Positions 8,492 to 18,241 of a stretch of DNA of 64,000 nucleotides are shown one piece after another. Below the pieces are notes generated by a model. That model had not been told where the DNA came from and ran no database searches. It saw only the letters and a list, made by a program, of their open reading frames with translations. Numbering within the stretch: the first letter of the stretch is position 1; every line of letters starts with the position of its first letter. The position numbers and the translations under genes were made by a program. This stretch comes from an uncultured Actinomycetes bacterium (GTDB lineage: Bacteria > Actinomycetota > Actinomycetes > Streptosporangiales > Streptosporangiaceae): assembly GCA_963742795.1 (NCBI GenBank), contig CAVUNL010000010.1, positions 82,827-146,826 of the forward strand, written 5' to 3'.

Positions 8492-10196
8492 TTGCCTGAC
8501 ATCAGGGACGGCACCTGGTGGCGTGGTGCCGCGATCTACGAGCTGTACGTGCAGAGCTTCGCCGACGGCAACGGCGACGGCCTGGGTGACCTGGCCAGCG
8601 TCCGGGCCCGGCTGCCCTACCTGGCGGCTCTCGGCATCGACGCGATCTGGTTTACCCCGTGGTACCCGTCCCCGAAGTCCGACGCCGGATACGACGTCGC
8701 GGACTACCGCTCTATCGATCCTGCCTTCGGCACCCTGGCCGACGCCGACGCGCTGATCGCCGACGGTCACGCGCACGGCATCAAGACGATCATTGACATC
8801 GTCCCCAACCACTGCTCCGACCGGCACCCGTGGTTCCAGGCCGCGCTGGCCGCCGCGCCCGGGTCCGCCGAACGCGCCAGGTTCTGGTTCCGGCCCGGAC
8901 GCGGCCCGGTCGGCGACCTCCCGCCCAACAACTGGCGGTCGATCTTCGGCGGCCCCGCGTGGACCAGGGTCACCGCGCCGGACGGCGCGCCCGGCGAGTG
9001 GTACCTGCACCTGTTCGCCCCGCAGCAGCCCGACTTCAACTGGGCCAACTCGGAGGTCCGGGCCGAGTTCGAGGCGGTACTGCGGTTCTGGTTTGACCGC
9101 GGCGTGGACGGCATCCGCATCGACTCGGCCGCGCTGCTGACCAAGGACCCTCGCCTACCTGATACAGAGCCTGGCGACGAGGCGCCCTACACCGACCGCG
9201 ACGACGTGCACGACATCTACCGGGCCTGGCGCGCGGTGGCCGGCCAGTACCCCGGCCGGGTCCTGATCGGCGAGGTCTGGCTGGCCGACGCCGCCCGCCT
9301 GGCCAGGTACCTGAGCCCGGACGAGCTGCACACCGTGTTCAACTTCCCCTACCTGTGCTGCCCCTGGGACGCCGCACGGCTGCGCGAGGTGATCGACAGC
9401 ACGCTGGCCTTCCACGCCGTGGCCGGCGCGCCGCCCACCTGGGTCCTGTCGAACCACGACGTGGACCGGCACGTTTCCCGGTACGGCCGCGCCGACACGT
9501 CCTTCGGCCTGGACCGGCGCAACCACAGCCAGCCCGTCGACCTGGAGCTGGGCACCCGCCGGGCCCGCGCCGCGGCGCTGCTCACCATGGCGCTCCCCGG
9601 GTCGGTCTACCTGTACCAGGGCGAGGAGCTTGGCCTGTGGGAGGTCGAGGACATCCCGGACGAACGGCGCCAGGATCCGATCTGGTACCGCACGGGTGGT
9701 GCCGACCCCGGCCGGGACGGCTGCCGGGTCCCGCTGCCCTGGGCGGGTCTGGAGCCCCCGTTCGGTTTCTCACCGCCCGCCGGCGCAGCCGGCCCAGCCA
9801 ACACGCCCGCCAGCGCAGCCGGCCCGGCCAGCACGCCCGCCAGCGCAGCCGGCCCGGCCAACACCGCCACCGTCCCGCCCCTGGCTGCCCCAGCCCAAGG
9901 AGTGGCGCGAGCTGACCGTCGAGCTGCAGGCCGGCGACCCGGACTCCATGCTCGAGCTGTACCGCGCCGCGCTGCGGCGCCGCCACGCCGAGCCCGCCCT
10001 CGGCGACGGACCCCTGCACTGGCTGCCCGCGCCCGCCGGGGTGCTCGCCTTCGGCCGCGGCGACCTGTGCTGCGTGGCCAACCTCTCGCCCGGCCCCGTC
10101 GCCCTGCCCGCTCACACCGCCGTGCTCCTGGCCAGCGGCCCGCTCGACGACGACCTCCTCCCCGCCGACACCGCCGTCTGGCTCCGCATCCCCTGA
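8492..10196 (+). CDS. GH13 alpha-glucosidase / oligo-1,6-glucosidase, split by a 1-nt frame shift
   Basis: WWRGAAIYELYVQSFADGNGDGLGDL, DAIWFTPWYPSP, DIVPNH and GIRIDSA motifs. The canonical C-terminus (PWLPQPKEW...DPDSMLELYR...DTAVWL) is in the next frame. One extra C in the run 9878-9881 explains the shift. The TTG start at 8492 is tentative. Confidence 0.8.
9785..9866 (+). repeat. 30-bp tandem repeat (about 2.7 units) inserted just before the glucosidase frame shift
   Basis: GCAGCCGGCCCAGCCAACACGCCCGCCAGC-type units encoding AAGPANTPAS. Confidence 0.8.
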
Positions 10197-10279
10197 CGTC
10201 TCCGCGGGAAACGCCCAACCCACGCCCAGCGCCCTTCCTCGGTGCCGGACAGCTACCATCGCTGTGAACAGGGAGACAG

Positions 10280-10456
10280 ATGCCGAGCGCCGCTCACTGC
10301 CATCACTGCTATGGCGACTGCCCCGGGACCTGCCTGCTACCGGGCGGCGGTGGCCTGTGCATTCACAAGCCGGTTCCGAAGCTGACCGTCGGCCAGTGGC
10401 TGGGCGTCTTGCGGACCCGGCGATTCTGGCATCAGGTCCTCCGCGGCACCCGGTGA
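10280..10456 (+). CDS. Small (58 aa) Cys/His-rich protein, not in the ORF track
   Basis: GGGAGA RBS 3 nt upstream of the ATG. Translation: MPSAAHCHHCYGDCPGTCLLPGGGGLCIHKPVPKLTVGQWLGVLRTRRFWHQVLRGTR. Confidence 0.35.
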   Translation: MPSAAHCHHCYGDCPGTCLLPGGGGLCIHKPVPKLTVGQWLGVLRTRRFWHQVLRGTR

Positions 10457-10519
10457 TCCTCCGCTGTCACGACAGCCGTCGGCCCGGCCACCCGAAGGCA
10501 GCCGGGCCGAGGAAACCAG

Positions 10520-11320
10520 CTAGTTGCTGCGCAGCCAGGTCGCGCTGAAGTTCTCTCCGCTGGACAGCGAGGAGATGGTGTCCTTGTCGCGCCCGGCGTT
10601 GTCGATCATGATGATCTCGGTCAGACCGCCGGCGTTGCCGATGGCCGATCCGTTGGCCGTGGTGCCGGTGAAGCTCATCGTGCCGAAGTCCGTCAGCGGC
10701 AAGATGCCGCCGCTGGCCGTACAGCACGGCGCCTCGGCGATGGCCTCGGCCGAGGACAGGGATGGCGTCTGGCCCAGGCTCGCGTCGGTGGTGTGGCTCC
10801 AGCCTTGCGTGGTGTCGGAGATGAACAGGCTGAACTGCTCGCCGCTCAGGTAGGTCACCGTGGCGGTGAAGTGGTCGCCGGCCTTGACCGTGTTGGAGTA
10901 GTTCTCCGAGGGACCCGGGAACATTTCGAACCAGGCGACGTACTGGGCGGTGCGCCCGACGCAGTCCACCTCGCTACCGGTCTGCTCCACCGTGCTGCTG
11001 TTGAAGCCGTCCAGCCCGACCCAGAAGGCGGCGTACTGGTCGCCCCGGCTGCAGATGCCGGCCGGCTGGATCCAGCTCGCCGAGACGCTGGTGTACCGGC
11101 CGGTGGTTCCCGCGTAACCGGACCAGTTCGTGCTCTGCGCCTCGAAGCTGAGGCCGCGCGTGTGCGCGGCGCTCACGCCCATCAGGTTAGCCAGCCCGCC
11201 GGGGGAGAAGTGCCTCGCGCCGGCCGGCGCGGCCGGCGCGGCTGACGCGCTGGTCGCGGTGAGGGCCGTGCCGACCGTCAAGGCCGCCAGGGCCAGGGCC
11301 ATGCACCATCGTCGTAGCAT
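10520..11320 (-). CDS. Secreted G1-family (eqolisin-like) glutamic peptidase
   Basis: Signal peptide with an Ala-rich cleavage region. STNWSGYA, FWVGLDG, VEQTG and AWFEMFPG resemble peptidase G1/A4 motifs. AAGGAG RBS. Confidence 0.6.
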   Translation of the reverse strand: MLRRWCMALALAALTVGTALTATSASAAPAAPAGARHFSPGGLANLMGVSAAHTRGLSFEAQSTNWSGYAGTTGRYTSVSASWIQPAGICSRGDQYAAFWVGLDGFNSSTVEQTGSEVDCVGRTAQYVAWFEMFPGPSENYSNTVKAGDHFTATVTYLSGEQFSLFISDTTQGWSHTTDASLGQTPSLSSAEAIAEAPCCTASGGILPLTDFGTMSFTGTTANGSAIGNAGGLTEIIMIDNAGRDKDTISSLSSGENFSATWLRSN

Positions 11321-11618
11321 TCGAACTCCTTGGGTGTCGGTAGCTCGGCCCGATCGCGGACGAAGGAGCAGATCGTGCTCATGATGGTTTGTGTCGCCTT
11401 TTGTCGGGCTAGCTGGGGGTCGCCACGAGTTGACTCTCGGTGAGCGTAACGCACCAAAACCACCAAGAAAAGGTGTTAAAAACGAATTTGGTTGACTTGA
11501 CGATTTCTTGGCGGTTTCTTGAAGAATCGTGCCCCCGTTTACCGGAACACCCAGGTAAGCGTGGCTCAGATCGGCCCAGCCTCGGCTCAGCCCAGGTCAG
11601 CCCGGCCTCAAGCCCGGC

Positions 11619-12371
11619 TCAGCTGCTGCTCTCGCTGCTCTCGCCGCTCGTCAGCTCCGGCGGCGCGCTGCCCGGCCCGATCTGTGCCTTCAGCGCGGCC
11701 AGCTCGGTTTCCACGTCGGCATCTGTGCCAGCTTGATCGAGTTCCTTCTGAATGTCGTCGGTATCGCCGCCCACGTCCTCCAGCACGCCGGACTGCAGCA
11801 GCTCGTCCAGGGCGCCCGCGCGCGCCTGCATCTGGGCGATCTTGTCCTGGGCCCGGGCCAGCTCCGCGCCGGAATCGGACAGCGTGCCGGAGATCCCCGC
11901 TACGCTCTCGTTCACCGAGCTCTCGGCGCTGGCGGCGGTGTACTGGGCCTTCAGCGTCTCCTTCTGGGTCCGGAACGTGTTGACCCGCTGCTGCAGCGCC
12001 GCCAGGGTCTGCTCGAGCTTCTCCTCCTGCTCGGCGAGCTGCTGGTGCTGCGCCTCCATGGGGTCGATCTGGGCCTGGGTCGCGGCCTTGCGGGACAGCG
12101 CCTCCCGGGCCAGGTCCTCCCGGCCGATAGCCAGGGCCCGCTTGGCCTGGTCCTCCAGGTGGTCCGCCGAGTGCTGTAGCTGCTGCTCCTGCAGCTCGAT
12201 CTGCTTACGCGAGGCGGCTACCGACACCAGCGCCTGGCGCACCTTGGTGAGCTGGTCGAGCATCTGCTCGTAGGACAGGTCGAGCATTTCGTCGGGCTTT
12301 TCCGCGGCGTCGAGCGCCTTGTTGGCCTTGGCGTTGAGAATGTCGTGGGCCCTTTGGAAGAGAGTTGCCAT
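11619..12371 (-). CDS. pspA: PspA/IM30 family protein
   Basis: MATLFQRAHDILNAKANKALDAAEKPDEMLDLSYEQM followed by a long coiled coil. AAGGAG lies 9 nt upstream of the ATG at 12371. Confidence 0.85.
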   Translation of the reverse strand: MATLFQRAHDILNAKANKALDAAEKPDEMLDLSYEQMLDQLTKVRQALVSVAASRKQIELQEQQLQHSADHLEDQAKRALAIGREDLAREALSRKAATQAQIDPMEAQHQQLAEQEEKLEQTLAALQQRVNTFRTQKETLKAQYTAASAESSVNESVAGISGTLSDSGAELARAQDKIAQMQARAGALDELLQSGVLEDVGGDTDDIQKELDQAGTDADVETELAALKAQIGPGSAPPELTSGESSESSS

Positions 12372-12579
12372 GTCGATCTGCTCCTTAGTCGACGGTGACC
12401 GGCCAGCTCCTACGGCAAATCTAGCCGCCCGCCACCCTGCGCGATGCTGGTCGATGGGCGCACCGTACCAATAGGAGCCGGTACGACGGCCCATCGACCC
12501 GCGACCAACGCGGCATGCTGGCCATGTGCTTTGCCGAACAGCCCGCCGAGTTCGCCACGACCGTCACTTCTTTTTCTGG

Positions 12580-12594
12580 CCTAACGGACCGTGG
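12580..12594 (+). repeat. Dispersed motif copy 5 (CCTAACGGACCGTGG, one mismatch)
   Basis: Preceded by CTTCTTTTTCTGG. Lies 16 nt upstream of the GNAT remnant ATG. Confidence 0.7.
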
Positions 12595-12610
12595 TTCGGG
12601 CTGTAGCGGT

Positions 12611-12856
12611 ATGAAGGGGCGCATGCTACGCGGAGAGCTGACCGGCCTGCGTGCCCGCTACGGCTTCTCGGTCCGCGGGCTGCACCGGATCCAGATCACC
12701 ACCCTGGCCGACAACCACGCGATGATCGCGGCCGCCGTCCGGGCTGGCTTCGTCCTGGAGGGCACCTCGCGCGACGCGGCCTGGGTCGACGGCGGCTTCG
12801 CGGACGGCGTGACCCTCAGCCTGCTCGCCGGCGAATGGTCCCCGGCCGGCCGCTGA
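12611..12856 (+). pseudogene. GNAT (RimJ/RimL-like) acetyltransferase remnant with an internal deletion
   Basis: An N-terminal-like LRGELTGLRA runs directly into the C-terminal GNAT core RYGFSVRGLHRIQITTLADNHAMIAAAVRAGFVLEG. It is only 81 aa, against about 180 for the family. Confidence 0.5.
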
Positions 12857-12918
12857 TCAGCACGCGTCCCTGGCCAGGTTTCTACCGTGACTTGAAATCC
12901 GGCAACTGAAACTACTAC

Positions 12919-12949
12919 CCGAGAGAATACTCTTGGGGTATTCTCTCGG
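12919..12949. promoter_or_regulatory. Perfect 12-bp inverted repeat, a likely PadR operator
   Basis: CCGAGAGAATAC, 7 nt, then GTATTCTCTCGG. It ends 2 nt before the padR ATG. Confidence 0.5.
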
Positions 12950-12951
12950 TT

Positions 12952-13476
12952 ATGAGTGTTCCCCTGACCCTTCTTGGCTTGCTCGAGCGGGGGCCAAGCC
13001 ACGGATACGACCTGAAACGGGACTACGACGCGTACTTCGGCCGGGGCCGGCCGCTGCGCTACAGCCAGGTGTACGCGACCTTGTCCCGGCTGGCCAGGGA
13101 CGGAAAGGCGGTGGCCGGACCCGTCGAGCAGGGAGCCGGGCCCGAACGCCGCCGGTACGTCATCACCGACGAAGGCATCGCCGACGTGGAGCGGTGGCTG
13201 GCCCAGCCGGCCCCGCCGGAGCCAGACCTGACCAGCGAGCTGTTCGCCAAGGTGGTGCTCGCCCTGATGCTCGACCGCCCGGCCAACGGCTACCTGGACG
13301 CCCAGCGGGCCGCGCACCTGCAGCGGATGCGCGAGCTCACCGAACTCAAGCAGGCCGGGAATCTGCTCGACCTGCTGCTCGCCGACCACGCGCTCTACCG
13401 ACTGGAGGCTGACCTACGATGGATAGACCATACCTCGGCCCGGCTGGACCTGCTTGCGCGGGAGGTACGCTCATGA
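12952..13476 (+). CDS. PadR family transcriptional regulator
   Basis: LLGLLERGPSHGYDLKRDY...YATLSRLARDG is a winged-helix PadR signature. Confidence 0.85.
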   Translation: MSVPLTLLGLLERGPSHGYDLKRDYDAYFGRGRPLRYSQVYATLSRLARDGKAVAGPVEQGAGPERRRYVITDEGIADVERWLAQPAPPEPDLTSELFAKVVLALMLDRPANGYLDAQRAAHLQRMRELTELKQAGNLLDLLLADHALYRLEADLRWIDHTSARLDLLAREVRS

Positions 13477-14174
13477 CCGCGAACCTCCCGGGAACCGCGA
13501 AGATCATCGAGGCCCGGAACCTGGAGAAGTCGTTCGGCGAAACGCCGGCCCTGCGCGGCGCCTCGCTGGGCGTCCGGCCGGGGGAGATCGTCGCGGTCAT
13601 GGGACCCAGCGGCTCGGGCAAGTCCACCTTGTTGCACTGCCTGGCGGGCATCTTGGTCCCCGAACGGGGTGAGGTCTGGTTCGGCGGGCAGCGGCTGGAC
13701 ACGCTGAGCGATGACCGGCGCAGCGCCCTACGCCGGAACCGGTTCGGGTTCGTGTTCCAGTCCGGTCAGCTGGTCCCCGAGCTGACCGCCGAGGAGAACG
13801 TCGCCCTGCCCCTGCTGCTGTCCGGCACCCGCCGCGGCCCGGCGATGACGGCGGCCAGGAAGTGGTTCGGCACGCTCGGCCTGGACGGCCTCGAGCAGCG
13901 CAGGTCGGGGGAGCTGTCCGGCGGGCAGGCGCAGCGCGTCGCGCTGGCCCGCGGCCTGGTCGCCGGGCCGGAGGTGCTGTTCGCCGACGAGCCGACCGGG
14001 TCGCTGGACTCGGTGTCCGGCGAACTGGTCATGGACCTGCTCACCGCCGCCGCCCGCGAGCAGGGCACCACCGTCATCCTTGTCACCCACGACGCCCGGG
14101 TCGCCGCCTACGCCGACCGGGAGGTCGTCGTCCGCGACGGCAAGGTCGGCACGCTCACCGGGGCCAAGCCGTGA
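13473..14174 (+). CDS. ABC transporter ATP-binding protein (MacB/LolD type)
   Basis: Walker A GPSGSGKST, signature LSGGQAQR and Walker B LFADEPT. ATGA overlap with the padR stop. Confidence 0.9.
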   Translation: MTANLPGTAKIIEARNLEKSFGETPALRGASLGVRPGEIVAVMGPSGSGKSTLLHCLAGILVPERGEVWFGGQRLDTLSDDRRSALRRNRFGFVFQSGQLVPELTAEENVALPLLLSGTRRGPAMTAARKWFGTLGLDGLEQRRSGELSGGQAQRVALARGLVAGPEVLFADEPTGSLDSVSGELVMDLLTAAAREQGTTVILVTHDARVAAYADREVVVRDGKVGTLTGAKP

Positions 14175-16516
14175 TCGCGCTCGGGCTGCGGCTGGTGATC
14201 AGCGGCGGCCGCGAGGCCGTCATCCGGTTCCTCGTCCTGGCCATCGCCGTGGGCCTGGGCGTGGGCCTGCTGCTGACCGCCGTGGCCGCGACCAACGCGG
14301 TCACCAACTGGAACAACAGCCACGCATGGCTCTGGACTGCCACCACATCCCAGCCCCCGGGCCCGGCTACGACCGGCATCGCCCCGCTATGGTGGCACCC
14401 CAGCAGCGACATCTTCGACGGCCGGAACATCTTCCGCTTCGACGTGGCCGCCACCGGTGCTTCGTCCCCGGTGCCGCCAGGCATCCGCCGTGACCCGGGA
14501 CCGGGCGAGTATTACGCCTCACCCGCGCTGGCCGCGCTGCTGCGCAGCACCCCGGCGGATGAGCTGGCCGACCGCTACCCGGGCCGCCTGGCCGGGGTGA
14601 TCGGCGACGCCGCGCTATCGTCGCCGGACTCACTGGTCATCGTCGTCGGGCACACCCCGGCGCAGCTGGCGGGCACCCCGGGCAGCGCGCCGGTGACGTC
14701 GATCGCCACGACGCTGTCCCGCAGCTTCTCGGGTCAGGCGAACCCCAAGGGCCTGAACTACAGCCCGCCTGAGGCGGGAATTCAGTCCAGCGGAATCGAC
14801 CTCATCCTGTCTGTCGTGGCGCTGGCCATGCTGGCCCCGGTACTGATCTTCATCGCCACCGCGACCCGGCTGTCGGCCGCCCGCCGCGAGCAGCGGTTCG
14901 CGGCCATGCGCCTGGTCGGCGCGACCCGCAGGCAGGTCTCCCTGCTCGCCGCCACCGAATCGACGGCGGCCGCGATCCTGGGCGTGGCGGCCGGGTTCGG
15001 GATCTTCTTCCTGCTGCGCGCCCCGGTCGCTGCCATCCCGTTCCTCGGCGAGCCGTTCTTCCCCGCCGACATGTCGCTCAGCCTGCCCGACATCCTCGCG
15101 GTCGCGATCGGCGTCCCCGTGGCCGCCGCCGTGGCGGCCCGGCTGGCTCTGCGCCGGGTGCACATCTCCCCGCTCGGCGTCGCCCGCCGGACCACGCCGG
15201 CGCCGCCGCGGGCCTGGCGGGTGCTGCCCCTGCTGGCCGGCCTCGCGGAGCTCGGCTTCTTCGTCGTGCACGGCACCCCGGCCTCCCCGGGCGCGGAGAT
15301 CTGGGCGCTCCTGTCCGGCTTCCTGCTCATCATCGTCGGGCTGGTCATCGCCGGCCCGTGGCTTACCATGGCCGCGGCCCGGGTCCTGGCCCGGCGGACC
15401 AGCCATCCTGGCGCGCTGATCGCCGCCCGGCGTCTGGCCGACGACCCGAGGGCCGCCTTCCGTGCCGTCAGCGGCCTGGTGCTCGCGCTGTTCGTCACCA
15501 CCGTCGCCGTGGTGAGCATTACCACGCAGGACGCCAAGGATTCCACCCAGTCTGCCTCCCCCGCGGCCGCGGCCGTGGTGACCGACCAGCTGGCGGCGTC
15601 GGGCATGTTCACGTCCGCGCAAGAGCCCGGCAAGTCAGGCTCGGGACCGGCCGCGCCCGCCGCGCCGCTCGTGGCCCAGTTGCGCCGGACTCCGGGCGTC
15701 CAGGGGGTCGCCGTGGTCCGCGCGGACCCGGGGCTGGCCCTCCCCGGGACCTTCCACAACCTCGGCACCTTTGGGTCCGGCCAGGCTGTCCCGATTCCGG
15801 CGGGCGTGATCTCGTGCGCGCAGCTCGCGTCCGTTCCCGCCCTGGGCCGCTGCCCGGCCGGGGCGATCGCGGCGGCGTTCCCGGAAGACGGGTTCGCCGG
15901 CCCCCTGGACGCCGCGACGTCGGCCGGGATCACCTGGCCGGCCGTGAACGTCCCGGCCTCGCGCCTTGACACTTCCGGAGTCGACGCCATCAACGTGGGG
16001 ACGAACGGCTCCGTGCCAGCCATCGAACGGGCCAGGACGGTGCTGGAGAACGCACCCGGGTACTCCGCCCCCGGCGGGCCGTCCACCATCGGCGAGGTGA
16101 TCAACCAGGATAATTCCGCCAACAACGCCTACCAGCAGCTCGCGAACACGGTGATCCTGGTCAGCCTGCCGATCGCCGGCTGCACGCTCGCCGCGGCCAT
16201 CGCGGCCGGCCTCGCCGACCGCAAACGGCCGTTTAGCCTGCTGCGCCTCACCGGCGCCCGGCTCGCCACGCTGCGCCGCGTCGTCGCCCTGGAAAGCGCC
16301 CTCCCGCTGCTCGCCGTGGCCGCCGTCGCGATCGGCACCGGGTTCGCCGCCGCCGCGGAGTACGCCTCCGTGGCGCAGCACCACTCGATGGTGGCGCCCG
16401 GCGCCGCCTACTACCTCCTCGCCGCGGGCGGGATCCTGGTGTCCCTCGGCATCATCGCGGCCACCTTCCCGCTGCTGAAGCGCATCACCGGACCCGAGGT
16501 CGCCAGAAACGAATGA
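14171..16516 (+). CDS. FtsX-like ABC permease with two FtsX/MacB-type membrane modules
   Basis: GTGA overlap with the ATPase stop. About 780 aa with multiple TM helices and two large loops. Confidence 0.8.
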   Translation: MIALGLRLVISGGREAVIRFLVLAIAVGLGVGLLLTAVAATNAVTNWNNSHAWLWTATTSQPPGPATTGIAPLWWHPSSDIFDGRNIFRFDVAATGASSPVPPGIRRDPGPGEYYASPALAALLRSTPADELADRYPGRLAGVIGDAALSSPDSLVIVVGHTPAQLAGTPGSAPVTSIATTLSRSFSGQANPKGLNYSPPEAGIQSSGIDLILSVVALAMLAPVLIFIATATRLSAARREQRFAAMRLVGATRRQVSLLAATESTAAAILGVAAGFGIFFLLRAPVAAIPFLGEPFFPADMSLSLPDILAVAIGVPVAAAVAARLALRRVHISPLGVARRTTPAPPRAWRVLPLLAGLAELGFFVVHGTPASPGAEIWALLSGFLLIIVGLVIAGPWLTMAAARVLARRTSHPGALIAARRLADDPRAAFRAVSGLVLALFVTTVAVVSITTQDAKDSTQSASPAAAAVVTDQLAASGMFTSAQEPGKSGSGPAAPAAPLVAQLRRTPGVQGVAVVRADPGLALPGTFHNLGTFGSGQAVPIPAGVISCAQLASVPALGRCPAGAIAAAFPEDGFAGPLDAATSAGITWPAVNVPASRLDTSGVDAINVGTNGSVPAIERARTVLENAPGYSAPGGPSTIGEVINQDNSANNAYQQLANTVILVSLPIAGCTLAAAIAAGLADRKRPFSLLRLTGARLATLRRVVALESALPLLAVAAVAIGTGFAAAAEYASVAQHHSMVAPGAAYYLLAAGGILVSLGIIAATFPLLKRITGPEVARNE

Positions 16517-16576
16517 CCCCGCTTCCCCACTGACCGCACCGGCCCGGAGTGCACATACCGGAGCGCTCCGGGCAGG

Positions 16577-18168
16577 ATGGCTCCCATGGAGACCACGGCC
16601 CGGGTCCAGCAGATCGCCCGCGACGTCCTCGGCTATCCCGAGCTGCGGCCCGGTCAGCTGGAGGCGGCCGCCGCGCTGGCCGACGGCCGGGACTGCCTGG
16701 CCATCTTGCCCAGCGGCGCCGGGAAGTCGGCCATCTACCAGATCGCCGCGGTCGCCCTGGGCGGCCCGGCCGTAGTGGTGTCCCCGCTGCTGGCCCTGCA
16801 GCGAGAGCAGGCCGACACGCTCCGGGCCCGGGGCCTGACCGCCATCACGGTCAATGCGCTGTCCGGCGCGCCCGCCCGCCGGGAGGCCGAGGCGCTGCTG
16901 GCCAGCGGCGGGACCGGCTTCATCTTCCTGGGACCGGAACAGCTGGCCCGCGACGACGTGCGGGACCACCTGGCCCAGGCACCGGTGCGGCTGTTCACGG
17001 TCGACGAGGCGCACTGCATCGCATCCTGGGGTCACGACTTCCGCCCCGACTACCTGCGGCTGGGCGGGATCATCGAGGCGTTCCCGGCCCGGCCCGCGGT
17101 GGCCGCGCTGACCGCCACCGCCGCCCCGCCGGTCCGCCAGGAGATCGCCAGCCGGCTCGGCCTACGCGATCCGCGCCAGGTCATCCGCGACTTCGACCGG
17201 CCCGAGATCCACCTGGCGGTACGCTCCTTCCACCGTGCCGACGACCAGCGGGCGGCCGTGCTGGCCGCGGCGCGCGAGCAGGCCGGCGCAGGCCTGGTGT
17301 ACACCGCGACCCGGGGCCAGGCCGAGGCCTACGCCGGGCTGCTCGGCGTCGGTTATTACCACGGCGGCCTGGCCCGGGCCGACCGGCTGGCCGCTCAGCG
17401 GGTCTTCGAAGGCGGCGCCACCATCGTGGCCACCAGCGCGTTCGGCATGGGCATGGACCGGCCCGATGTGCGCTTCGTCGTACACGCCTCGGTGCCCGGC
17501 TCGCTGGATGAGTACTACCAGGAGATCGGGCGCTGTGGCCGTGACGGCCGCCCGGCCGCCGCCATCTGTTGCTACCGGGCCGAGGACCTGGGCCTGGTCC
17601 GTTTCTTCGCCGCCGGGATGCCCGATCAGGACGACCTGGCCGCGGTGGCCGCCGCGGTGGACCGCCCGCTGACCCGGCGCGAGCTCGCCGCCCGCACCCA
17701 GATGCCGCCCGGGCGGCTCGCCGAACTGCTCAACGTGCTGGAGGCGGTCGGCGCGGTCCGGCTCGGCCGCCAGGTTGAGCCGGCCCCGGCCGCCCCGCCC
17801 CGGCGCAGGCCGCGGCCCGGGCCGTGGAACTGGCCGGGCACCACCGCTCGGTCGAACGGTCCCGGGTGGAGATGATGCGCCGGTTCGCGGAGATGACCGA
17901 CTGCCGGCGCCGGTTCCTGCTGCAGTATTTCGGCGAGGCGGTCTCGCAGGCCTGCCAGAACTGCGATAACTGCGACGCTGGCCTGTCCCGGCCGGTCGTG
18001 GAGGCCGGCCTGTTTTCGCCCGGCGAGCGGGTCACGCACCACCAGTGGGGTCCCGGACTGGTACTCGAGGCCGAAGCCGACCGGCTCACCGTCCTGTTCG
18101 ACGACTACGGGTACCGCGAGCTGTCCGCCCAGGTCGTCTCCGGCCGGCACCTGCTCGACCCGGCGTGA
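16577..18168 (+). CDS. recQ: RecQ-family DNA helicase, split by a 1-nt frame shift
   Basis: LRPGQLEA, PSGAGKS, DEAHCIASWGHDFRPDY, TATA and GMGMDRPDVRFV motifs. The Zn-binding module (SRVEMMRRFAEMTDCRRRFLLQYFGE...CQNCDNC) is in the -1 frame from about 17800. The shift falls in the C-runs 17793-17801. Confidence 0.8.
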
Positions 18169-18241
18169 CCCGCGCCGCGCGTCCTGGCCACCCTGGCCCG
18201 GGAGGCCCGGGCTACGGGCTCACCCTGGCCGCGGTACGGTC

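Noticed and set aside
1506-9866. The tandem repeats as possible CRISPR arrays
   Set aside because: The units are contiguous with no spacers, 15-30 bp long, in frame inside protein-coding linkers, and there are no cas genes.
7793-10267. 824-aa plus-strand ORF
   Set aside because: This is a composite. Its first ~230 codons are an out-of-frame read of the ABC permease, and its last ~130 codons are an out-of-frame read of the glucosidase C-terminus. Only 8492 to about 9880 is genuine glucosidase sequence in this frame.
13862-14170. N-terminal extension of the FtsX permease ORF, and similar extensions at 25805-26428 and 33899-33943
   Set aside because: These are out-of-frame reads of the upstream genes. 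Coupled starts (GTGA/ATGA overlaps or RBS-preceded ATGs) give the sensible gene models.
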